DNA of 64,000 nt from Bispira polyomma (lineage: Eukaryota), in the NCBI GenBank assembly GCA_965649765.1, contig OZ287751.1, positions 79,236,001 through 79,300,000 on the forward strand. Direction: 5' to 3'. The notes under the pieces were generated by a model. It did no database searches. It saw nothing but the letters and a program-made list of their open reading frames with translations, and was not told where the DNA came from. Shown in pieces: positions 26,201 through 38,200 of the stretch. The position numbers and the translations under genes are program-made. Positions within the stretch are counted from its first letter, which is position 1; every line of letters begins with the position of its first letter.

Positions 26201-29200
26201 AATACACCTAAATAAGTACTACAGAGGTAGTGTGCAATAGTCAATTAATACACCTAAATAAGTACTACAGAGGTAGTCTCCACTAGTCAATTAATACACC
26301 TAAATAAGTACTACAGAGGTAGTCTCCACTAGTCAATTAATACACCTAAATAAATACTACAGAGGTAGTGTCCACTAGTCAATTAATACACCTAAATAAG
26401 TACTACAGAGGTAGTCTCCACTAGTCAATTAATACACCTAAGTAAATACTACAGAGGTAGTCTCCACTAGTCAATTAATACACCTAAATATATACTACAG
26501 AGGTTGTATCACTGCATAGTCAATAAATATTTATCTGTGGTGTGTCGTCCATGTTAAAACAAGCTATAATGTAAGTATAAAAATGTAAATGAATGCAGTC
26601 TTCCCCTTCTTCATTTGAATTATTCATCCAGTTTATTTATGCGCTGTGTTCATTAACCATTTTAGCAACTAATGTTTCAGACTTGGTCAGCCTTAAATTT
26701 TTATTTTCTCTAAATTAAAAAATTGTAGAATAATTCAAATGTTACTGCACTTCTAATTTATTGTGTCAGTGAAATATGGAAAGTAATTTCTAAGATTAGT
26801 TGAAGTTGATAATTTAAATGCACTATTATACATCAATCTTACATGTGGTTTTAGTCACCTGAAATAACTAAATAAGATGTAGTACACATGCTAGATAGAA
26901 ACACTATTGAAAAGAAATGTGTTTTTAGTAATGTAAACACACAGATGCATGGCCAATTAATCAAGCTGTATTTATGTAATTTAATTTTACCACATGAACC
27001 CACAATTGCAGCCTTGAAATGGTTCTTTAGTAAAGTTTTAACCATTTTTAAATGCACAAAAATTAAAAACTTCAATATTTAGTTGCAAAATGATTAAAAC
27101 AGCCATATAACGATTTTTTTATTGTGACATCACAGCTTAAGGTTCAACTTAAAGGTGTTCAACTTTATAGGACTTATTGTATATCTGCTTATCCACCTTG
27201 AACTATAGGAATAACCAATGACAAAGCTCGGTATACGGTAATTTTTACCATGATTAGTAACACGAAGGCGAAGCCAAAGTGTTTCTATGCTTAAAGAGTG
27301 GTAAAAAATTACCATATACCGAGCTTTGGAATTGGTTATTCCTATTCTAACGTGACAAATTAAATTATTAATCTGATTCAAGCTGCTTTTACTGCAAAAT
27401 TATGTTATTGAAGAAACTATAACTACTGGGGATCCAGTACACTTCAGGCGAACTTTGTCAATTTCCGTCTATGGGTATACGGTTATTTTCACCGAGGCTG
27501 TCGGCCAATCAGAATTGCCGACACTGCTGTGTCATGTTAGAATAGAGGTTATAATAAGCATCTGCTTTAATATTGCTAGCCTCTAACCTCCCAGGGACAG
27601 TGGGTTTGACTCCCACAGCTTCTTTCAAGTAGGAAAGTTTGCCAGGTACTTTGTATAGGTCATTGATATTCTAGTAAAAATCGTACTTGTTTCCTCCACA
27701 AATATATCTGGCCATCACTGTATGACCCAACTTATTGAAATTGATGTAACACCCCAAAAAAATAAATAAATACACATCCTTGCAAAAGAGTATTACAGAT
27801 ATTGTTACCAAATCTAATACATAGGATATAATGGATATAGCTTGCTTAGGGAATGATTTAGGCCTGCTTACACATCGTCTGAACGGATGGGGATGGGGTT
27901 TCATTCACACTTTACACATGATATTGTAGACATGTTTTACCATGGAACATGTCCTGTTTCTGATATCCTGTGTAGAAACATGTCCCGCTTTGGATGACTT
28001 ATGCCAAACTGCCACAATCTGTAGTCTTTTAAAATTGAGACTGATAATTAGAAATACTGTTTGAGCTTTTTCCCTGGTCATTGCAGTTTTAACTTAAATG
28101 GGATTTAGCTCTATATATATATAAGATCTTGGAAATTATACTCGTAAAAAATGTTTAAATTAAAAATTGGTAAAATTTTTACTTCCGCATTAACGTTGTG
28201 CATTTCTGTATATCTTTTTAGACACATGATTCTGACTGGCTGTGTGTCATTTGCCAGACACGTTGGCCCTCAGAGAGTCGAGAGTGACTTGTTACCCCAG
28301 TGTTGGGAACAAATCACCCACAAGTACGCTGAGCGTCGCCTATTAGTGGCTGAGGCATGCGGAGCCCTTGCCCCCTACCTCCCCTCAGAAATCAGGAGTT
28401 CACTGGTTTTGTCCATGTTACAACAGATGTTAGAGGAGGATAAAGTGGAGGAAGTGAGAGAAGCTGTAGTGAGGAGTCTGGGACTGGTGTATGGATTTAT
28501 AGACACAGTGGACAAGTATATACAGGTAAGTGGATAGGTATGTACAGGTGTGTACAGGTGTATACAGGTTTGGACAGGGGTGTATAGGTGTACACAGGTA
28601 TATACAGGTATGTACAGGTGTATACAGGTATGTACAGGTGCGTACAGGTGTATAGAGGTATATACAGGTATGTACGAGTATGTACAGGTGTACAGGTGTT
28701 TACATGTATGAACAGATGTGTACAGGTGTGTACAGGTATATACAGGTATATACAGGTACGTATAGGTGTGTACAGGTGTATACAGGTATATACAGGTATG
28801 TACAGGTATGGACAGATGTATACAGGTGTGGAGGAAGTCAGAGAGGCAGTAGTGGGGAGTCTGGGACTCGAGTATGGGTTTATAGACACTGTGGACAAGT
28901 ATATACAGGTGTGTACAGGTGTGTACAGGTATGTACAGGTATGTACAGGTGTGTACAGGTGTGGATGAAGTCAAACAGGCTGTAGTGAGGAGTCTGGGAC
29001 TCGAGTATGGGTTTGTAGACACTTGTGTGCTGTATTTCAGGGTGGTCAGCTGTTGATGAAGACTCTGATTGATTCCTCAGAGAAAGTGTCCACTGTAGCT
29101 TTAAATGTCTTCCTGCCGACCTTTGGGATGTGGACCATGGAGCTGGAGAAGTTAGAGAAAGATCTTATACCTTCCTTATTGGGAAAACTGAGAAATCTAG

Positions 29201-32200
29201 TCAATGTAAGTTAGATAAAGATCTTATACCTTCCTTATTGGGTAAACTGAGAAATCTAGTCAATGTAACTTACAGAAAGATCTTATACCTTCCATAATGG
29301 GAAAACGGAGAAATCTAGTCAATGTAAGTCACAGAAAGATCTTATACCTTCCTTACTGGGAAAACTGAGAAATCTAGTCAGTGTAAGTTAGAGAAAGATC
29401 TTATACCATCCTTTCTGGGACAACTGAAAAATCTAGTTAATATAAGTCACAGAAAGATCTTATACCCTACTTATTGGGAAAATTGAGAAATCTAGTCAAT
29501 GTAAGCTAGAGAAAGATCTTGTACCTTCCTTACTGGGAAAACTGAGAAATCTAGTCAATGTAAGTTACAGAAAGATATTTGCACCTTTTTTACTGGGAAA
29601 ACTGAGAAATCCAGTAAATGTAAATTACAGAAATATATTTGTACCTTCCTTACTGTGAAAACTGAGAAATCAAAGTCAATGTAAGTTACAGAAAGATCTT
29701 GCACCCTCCCTACTAGGAAAACTGAGAAATCTGGTCAATGTAAGTTAGAAAAAGATCTTATACCCTACTTGTTAGGAAAACTGAGAAATCTAGTCAATGC
29801 AAGTTAGAAAAAGATCTTATACCCTACTTGTTAGGAAAACTGAAAAATCTAGTCAATGTAAGTTAGAAAAAGATCTTATACCCTACTTGTTAGGAAATCT
29901 AGTCAATGCAAGTTAGAAAAAGATCTTATACCCTACTTGTTAGGAAAACTGAAAAATCTAGTCAATGTAAGTTAGAAAAAGATCTTATACCCTACTTGTT
30001 AGGAAAACTGAGAAATCTAGTCAATGTAAGTTAGAAAAAGATCTTGCACCTTCCTTATGGGGAAAACTGACAAATCTAGTAAATGTAAGTTACAGAAACA
30101 TATTTGTACCTTTCTTACTGGGAAACTGAGATATCTAATCAATGTAAGTCGGAGAAAGATTTTGTACCTTTCTTAGTAGGAAACTGAAAACTCTAGTCAA
30201 TGTAAGTTACAGAAAAATCTTATACCTTCCTTACTGTGAAAACTGAGAAATCTAGTACTTGCGTTAGATGTCTACAATACGACTTATTTTCCCTGTATTT
30301 CTGGTCAGCCAGTCAGCTTGACGAGTCACATTTGTGTATCTATGTGAGATGTCTACAATATCACTTATTTCCCTGTATTTCTGGTCATCCCGTCACAATT
30401 CAGCCAGTCAGCTGTTTAACGAGTCACGTTTGTGCATCTATGTGAGATGTTTACAATATGATTTATTTTACCTGTATTTCTAGTCATCCCCCCACAGTTC
30501 AGCCAGTCAGCTGTTTAACGAGTCACGTATCTATAGTTACGTAGAATGTCTACAGTATCACTAATTCACATGTCTTATTGTCCCTGTATTTCTAGTCCTC
30601 CCCTCACAGTTCAGCCAGTCAGCTGTTTGACGAGTCACGTTTCTGTACTTATGTGAGATGTCTACAGGAGCTGACTGCTGTGTTGTTTGCTATGGTTGTC
30701 AAAACTGGACCTTTTACAAAGAAACTGGATTTGACTACCAAAAATGTCTCGCATGTTCTAGGTATGTATCAAAAACTAGCGATTCTGGGTCTCAAAAGAG
30801 TGTATGTTTCATAGTTAATATGTATTATATTATCCTAATTTACATTGTCAAACCAATAATTTGGGTCTAATTCTTGAACCTAAAATACGTCGATTCCCCA
30901 CCTCCTTCTCCAACTTGCTGATCTCTCTCTGAGACTCGGTAGTGTATGTTTGTGTATATTGTCTCTGTATTTTCAGTCTCCAGTCGATTTCCCACCTTCT
31001 TCTTCAACTCACTGATCTCTCTCTGATACTGGGTAGTGGGGCTGCTATGGTCTAGTGGTTAGCAAACATTACGCTTCACAATCACTGGTCTCTCACCTCT
31101 GGGCGGCGTGAGTTCGAATCCTGTCGATGCCTATATGGGAAAGGTGGTAGTTCCTTACTGTGGGCCGCTGGTTTTTCAGTGCAGAAATTTGATTAACTGT
31201 ATGCAGTGTTTCCTCCAGCGTTTCCAACTACCCGTCCCAATATAACCTAAACAGATACTAGAGTGGACGTTAAATATCCCAATTCAACTGATACTCGGAA
31301 GTGTATGTTTCTATACATTTTCTCTCTATTTTCAGTCTCCAGTCGATTTCCCACCTCCTCGTCCCCACTTACTGATCTCTCTGTGATACTGGACAGTGGT
31401 CATCAGCTGGCCACTCTCACACAACTCTATGAAGACTACATTAGTGAAGAGTGGTACGAACCCTGGGAAGAGTACGCCTGGATAGCAGGGGAATTGTACG
31501 TAGTCACGGTTATTACTGTAATACAGTAGAACCTCTATTATCTGAATATTCTTTTTTTTTATGAACTGAATAGCAGGGGAATGGTACGTAGTCACAGTTA
31601 TTAGTGTAAATACAATAGAACCTCTATTATACCAACTTCTATTATGTGAATATTCGATTTAATGACCTTAATTTTGCTATTTATAATTTATAATCACCTT
31701 TTGTTTACACTAAAATACAGTTTTTTAACTTCCAGTTATCCCAATATGTTTGGATAATAAAGGTTCTACTGAACCTGTGTTGTAGAAATTTTACTTTACT
31801 CCTACACTTGTCTAAGTATGATCTGATCACATGTCACTGTTTACTTCAAGTGGTATAGTTTGCCAGGTACCTGCCGTAGGGCTGTGTTTTCCAATACAAA
31901 TAGTACTTGTATACTACACCAATAAATCTGGCCATCATAAATATGATGAAAGATGGTGAAAGTTATGTATAATAAATTTTCTGCCATATTGAGAAAACTA
32001 GTTTAAAATTTGAGGTAAGAATCATGACACCCTCCTGGTACCGGTAAATTAAAAACTATTCTGTGTCCAGATATAGTTACAGATATAGAATTTCACATCA
32101 TATAGATTTGAATTAGCTTTGTCATTAAAGTCCCTTACTGTTGGAACTATGATTGGATTTATGAATAACAGTAGGTATTGAATTGCAGTTTTAGTTGGGA

Positions 32201-35200
32201 TTATCCATATATTTACATATAAAGATGATTAAAAACGAGTTATAAAAGACGATTACTGAAAGTGTTAAATGTTACAACTGGCCACCAGTAATATATCTTT
32301 TGTTCTGTATCTATTATTGTCAGATGGTGGTTATGATTAAAATTAGTTAAATGTTAAAAATGACAGCACTGACATAAGGTTTATAGTTAATGAACAACAA
32401 ATCACTCATGAATAATCATGCCTATAGACTTTATAGCTGTATCATATCTGTTTTGTATTTTACAGCATTCCGGAGTTAATTAACTTCATGAATACAATAG
32501 ATGCTTCACGTCAGTCCATTGTTCAGAGTCTGTCCAAGTTCTTCTATAATCTGTGTAGAACCTTTGGGAGAACCTTTACAGTAACTAAGGTACTGTTACT
32601 ATGTTTAACCCTGTGAGAAGTTATAGAAGTCAGTATATTTACAAGTGGAATTATGACATTATTGTGTGAGTCTATGGGGTTGTAGCATTGTCAGCCAGTG
32701 TGGCTATTTTAACCAGTGTGGTTGTATCAGGCAGTGTAGTTGGATCAGCTAGTGTGGTTGTATCAGCCAGTGTGGTTGTATCGGGCAGTGTGGTTGTATC
32801 ACCCAGTGTGGTTGGATCGGGCAGTGTGGTTATATCGGCCAGTATGGCTATTTTAACCATTGTGGTTGTATCAGCCAGTGTTGTTGTATCGGCCAGTTGT
32901 CGCAGTTCATGTATCTGTTTGAGTGGTATTGGCTTGTGTTTAGTGTTGTCATTTGAGGCCATTTTGGTGAGATTGTAAAGTAGAAGTAAAATCAACCCTT
33001 TACAGTAAAAAAAAAAAATTGGAAAGCGGTCAGTCTTAAGACTCTTAAGTACAAATTGTACCGGTACTATTTACATGTATATTTATTTGAAATATGGTAC
33101 ATCAGTTAGATTGATGTCATTTAATTTTGTTTTTTATACTAATATTTGAGAGCATATAAGTAAATTGTCTTTCAGTCATACATGTACTCCTTGTTTTCAG
33201 GTCAGACCCAAATTCCAGGTTGTCCTCAGCATTCCAGAAGATCATATTGGTAAGTCATGTAGAAAAGTAATAAAATGAGGGTTGGCAGTTAACACTACAG
33301 TTAGTATGACACTCTTTTATAGCTGAATACATAGTATTGCACAAAACACTCTGAAGATAGGTGACCTGTTTGTATAGTGCAATGCTCATAGAACATGAGA
33401 GGTATTTTAGTATTTACAATAAGACACTGCAAATATCAGAAATTGACTTCATAAACTTCATTATTTTGATATTAGAAGTTTGGATAATAGAGGTTCTGCT
33501 GTAATGGTTAAATATATATTTTCGCAGGTACATGGGTAAAATTACGAAATTGTTATTAAGTACGCCGAATAAATAATTCAATACTTACTTTTTGTTTACA
33601 TATACATATAACAAAATATTTCTTCCTGAGTCAAAGGTTAAAGACAATTATATATCCCTATATGGAAGTTGATACTTTGCATTTATATATGCACATGGTC
33701 TATACTTTCTAAAGTTACTTACTAGATGGCGCTACCCTGAGAAAGTGAGAAAGCAAATAAATAAAAAAATGGCTACCCATATTTACACTTGAATATCTTT
33801 AGCATTTCTCAATGGATTTTGATGAAAAAAAGCGCAATAATCAAAATAAAATGAATTATCAGTAAAAAATACTTAATCTGAATTTGACTGAAAATTACGT
33901 CCCGAAACTAACTTCTATGAATTTGGTGTTTTCTGGTATGCATTTGCCGAAATTAAATGATTTTCCGACATGCAACTTTTTCGTTCCATGTCGGGAAATT
34001 TATCCATGCATACAACCTCGCCGATATATTTTATGTTCTTGTGTGATTACTACTAACTTTTTATTTTCATTTGTTAACAAAAATACGGCATACAATATGA
34101 AATCTGCAAACAATAAAACTGTTTTTAGTTGAAATAAATGAAAGAATATTGCCAATCCATCTGTAATAATAAAGTTGTACAAGTTGCAACTTACAGACAA
34201 TTTTAAAACTTGTGTAAGTTTTTTGTACAAATTCTATAGATTCCAAAGTGAGCAGTAACCAGTCTCCCTTGACTAAATCTACAGCGGCTGTGTTTGCATC
34301 AGGAATCCTGGCAGCATTTAGCCAGGTATGTGTGTCTCTATCTCTACAACTGGTATGGTTGTCGTGACTACTCGGCTAATCGGCTGCTATTGGAATAGTG
34401 AGCTACCAGCCCTAAATTAAACCACACAAATTATTGCTCAAAATATTTAAATAGCAAAATATATAAAACAATCATATTATTTCTTTCTAATATCACTTTT
34501 TCATTGGTAAAACAAAAACAAAATAGAAAACAACTGAAAATTTAGCCATTCTTTGCTTTGTGTACATCCTAATGTAAAACCGGGAATGAAACTTTTTAGC
34601 TAAAATGGCGGACTTCCTGTTTTGTCACATGTATTAGAAATGGCCCATAAAATGAAAAATTGTAACAACTAAATGTTAAAACATATATATTTGACCATTA
34701 TTTTAATTATTTCAAGTTATACTAGCTTTTCAGTGATATATATGTAGAAAAAACTATATTTTAAAATATTCGACGACTTTTCCGAGCTGATATGAATAAT
34801 TAATGGCGACTAGCTGGCCTGCTTGAAAGTTTTGCAGCCGTGACAAGTACTCGTGCACTGAAACTCAACAAGAATTTGAGTACTCACATAGTTTAGTTTA
34901 CACCACTGACAAGCATGTGGTAAACTATATGGCGGCTTCTGGAAATGGTTTGACTAAAAAACTCTAAATAATGTTAGTGATATCATAAAATATACAATAA
35001 ATCATTATTTTATAAAAACTCAAACAGATGTTGACATTATTTGGGCAGTTTTATGCAGATTTATCAGGTATTAAACATTATGTGATCAATAACCCGATAC
35101 ATTTTGACCAATAGAGTTTCAAAGATGTTTTTTGAATACTGGTAAAATGGGGTTTGCCCATTGCCGTAAGAGGATAGTGTATCATGAGTAATAATAATAA

Positions 35201-38200
35201 TAACTCGTACAATGAGCCTCGACTACTCAACGACCTTTTACAACAATATCATTGTCATTGTATGATTGTAGGAAGAAGATCACAAAGCTCTGAGCTGCTT
35301 CCTACAAGATCTGATGCACACCTTAGCTCTGAGTCAGGCCTCTCTCAATAGTATCAATGCTGCATTTGTACAGTTATGGTAAATACAGACTTGGTATTCT
35401 GGTTTATATTGGACAAAACTAAATTAGAATGTGATTGTTGCACCTAAGAAAATCTGGTGGTAAAAAGTTTACACACCTGATAGTCTGATTAGATCAGGTT
35501 ACAGTGGCGGAAAATTTGTTAAAAAATTTGTTGAAATCATATTTTTTTGAAGTATTAGTTGAATACAACAGGTATGTATTTTACAAAAAATGTTAAATTA
35601 TATGTGTATTTTACATAATAAGTGTTAGTTACATAAATTATGTGTGTAATTTCCAGAAATGATACTGACATACAGTGTATATTTGACATATGTGTACATT
35701 TTAGTCAGTCCAGTGACTACTATGAATTACTACTGTCCGTGTTGTGGGATGGAGTCGTCCACACTTCAGCATTAGTCAGAAAAACATCAGCTCTCGTGTT
35801 TGAAGTGAGTAGGTTACAGTTTTACCAGGGTCAGAATAAAACAAAAATTCTTAAAAAAAACCTGTGTGCTGCTTAAATTCAACTAATACAATTATATTTG
35901 TGTCAATCAGGAATATATCCCAGATATGCCATAAGGTACTCAAACATGCAGTAATTATCAGTCAGATTGGAAGACATTGCATATGTTTCTAGTACAGAAA
36001 GGGAAATGATGACGTATCAAGAGATTATAGTGAATTCAACATTTAACCATTTATTTCTTTAAAAGTTGAATCCTGTAAATTGAAAATCTCAGACAAACAG
36101 TAGAAATACTTCTTACAGATTCTCAGAGTACCAGTGGAAATACCTCTTGCAGATTTCAAGTTTTTCTAGTCATAACCCATAATGTCTGCAATGTTGGTGA
36201 CCTGTTCTCCCTTGAATAGACCAATCTTTTTTTATGAGCTCATTTTCCAGATGATTGGCATCAGAATTCACAAGTGTACAAAGGTTAACTGCCACCATGG
36301 TAAATTGCGTAGTAAAGCTTAATACAAGCATTGTCCTTTTTGACCTCTGCTAAAAAAGCAGCCTGTAAGTTGTAACTGTTTATTCCTATAATGTCTTCTA
36401 GTATATGGAATGTGTTGAGAGAGAGGATATAATTTGTCCTATTGTTATATATGTTACACCCAATCCATGAAATTCTCTGCTCATTTCACAAAATAGGCAA
36501 GTAAATGTACAAAATTTTAATACAAGAGAGTATTGTTATGTAAGAGTGCATTATGATTGTTCCAATTTAGTGATTACAGTCAAACCCTTTTTAGTACAAC
36601 TCTGATATGTGGAATTACCTGTTAAGTTAAACTTATTTTAAGGTCCCATTACTAAATTTCTAATTAAAGTCAACCCTGTTAAGTAGAATTCCTGTTAAGT
36701 AGAACCAATTTTATGGTGCTTTTAGATTCTACTTAACAGGGTTATACTGTATATCAAATAACTTGTTTCAGGGATGGCAATTCAATAATAGTTAGTAATG
36801 TTCATTATAGAGAAGGGTGCACTATTCAGAGGTGTTCAGTGTTTGAGGTTTAACTGTATGTGGAATGTTGCTTGATATCAAGTGAATGAGTTAGTACATG
36901 TACTACTAGTAGTACTAGTGACTTACTAGTCCCTGTAAATCTAAGTTACGTGATGTCACCCCTTCTGTGTTCTATACTACTATACAGCTGGTAGTGAGAG
37001 GCACCAGTGAGTTTGTATCTAGTCCCTATAAATCTAAGTTACATGATGTCACCCTTTCTGTCTTTGTTCTATACTACTATAGAGTGAGAGGCACCAATGA
37101 ATGACTAGTACCTGTAAATCCCTGTCCCTGTAAGTGTCACCCTCTCCCTGTAAATCTAAGTGTCATCCTCTCTGTGTAAATCTAAGTGTCATCCTCTCTG
37201 TGTTCTTTACTACTATACAGCTGGTAGTGAGAGGCACCAATGAGCACTTGGTGTCTAACCGAGTAATACCTGCCCTAGTGACACTTGCCAGCGATCCAGA
37301 AATCTCAGTGAGGACATCCACAATCCCCGCCCTGGGGACGATTATAGAGACGGTCACCGACAGAGTAGTAAGTAAAGTACAACCTCTTATCCAAACATAG
37401 TGGGAGACAGATTTTGTGTGGATAATAGAAGAGTCATAAAATAGAAAAAATCCTTCGTGTATAACACAGTAGGAAAATATAAATTTGGCAGAGTAAAAGA
37501 CTGTGCATTAAGTTGAAAAATATAATAGAGCACTGTAGAGGTTCTGTATAGTTTGGAGTATAACATCAATTTCAACACATTTTATGTCATATCACGACCG
37601 GCAGTTCACTGGTGGAGGAAATCAGAGCAGGGTAGTTGCTCAAGTATTCCGCCCTGTAAACTGCTGGGCTTCAGCAAATCTACTGCTAACTTCCCTAGAT
37701 CCATGCCAGGACCAAGTGGTAAGGATAAAACATCTGTGGCTGTGTTTTCCAGTAATCTCAGACTCAAGCTCTGCTCTAATAGGAGGGAGGACACGTAGAG
37801 TTTGACTGTATATTTAAATTCAGCATTGAAAGCTCTATTAAAATGAATTGTGACATGTATAGGTTATTTCCATATACAGGAGTTGTACCTAGCCTTTACG
37901 TGAAAGTTCAGTTTGAGGTTTTGTTGGGCAGTCTGTGGTTGTATGCTCAAAATTAATCCCGAACTCATACCTACTAGGCTGGGGGCGGGTTGATAAATCA
38001 GGTTGCAATTCGATATTAATTAGCCCAAGTCTCTTTCAATTTTACACCTTAAAAGCAGGGTTCATGTTTTATTTTGTACTTTGTATTAATGTGTTAAAAT
38101 GTATGTCGAAATACCAGATATTATATCTGGTATAATGTTGTGTGTAAAATGGCGTCAACTATCTTAGTTTATCTTAAGACAGATTAAAACATTGTTAACT

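Noticed and set aside
28375-29022. Long ORFs of 101-215 aa rich in VHTCIY/YTGVYR
   Set aside because: Translations of the 10-bp repeat on both strands; only the 28222-28525 exon is supported.
25726-30256. Regular arrays as possible CRISPR loci
   Set aside because: Head-to-tail units without unique spacers, no cas genes, eukaryotic intron context.
32672-32995. ORFs with DTTTLA / SVVVSA repeats resembling mucin or antifreeze proteins
   Set aside because: Products of an intronic 18-bp minisatellite; no splice context, and exons 15 and 16 join in phase without them.
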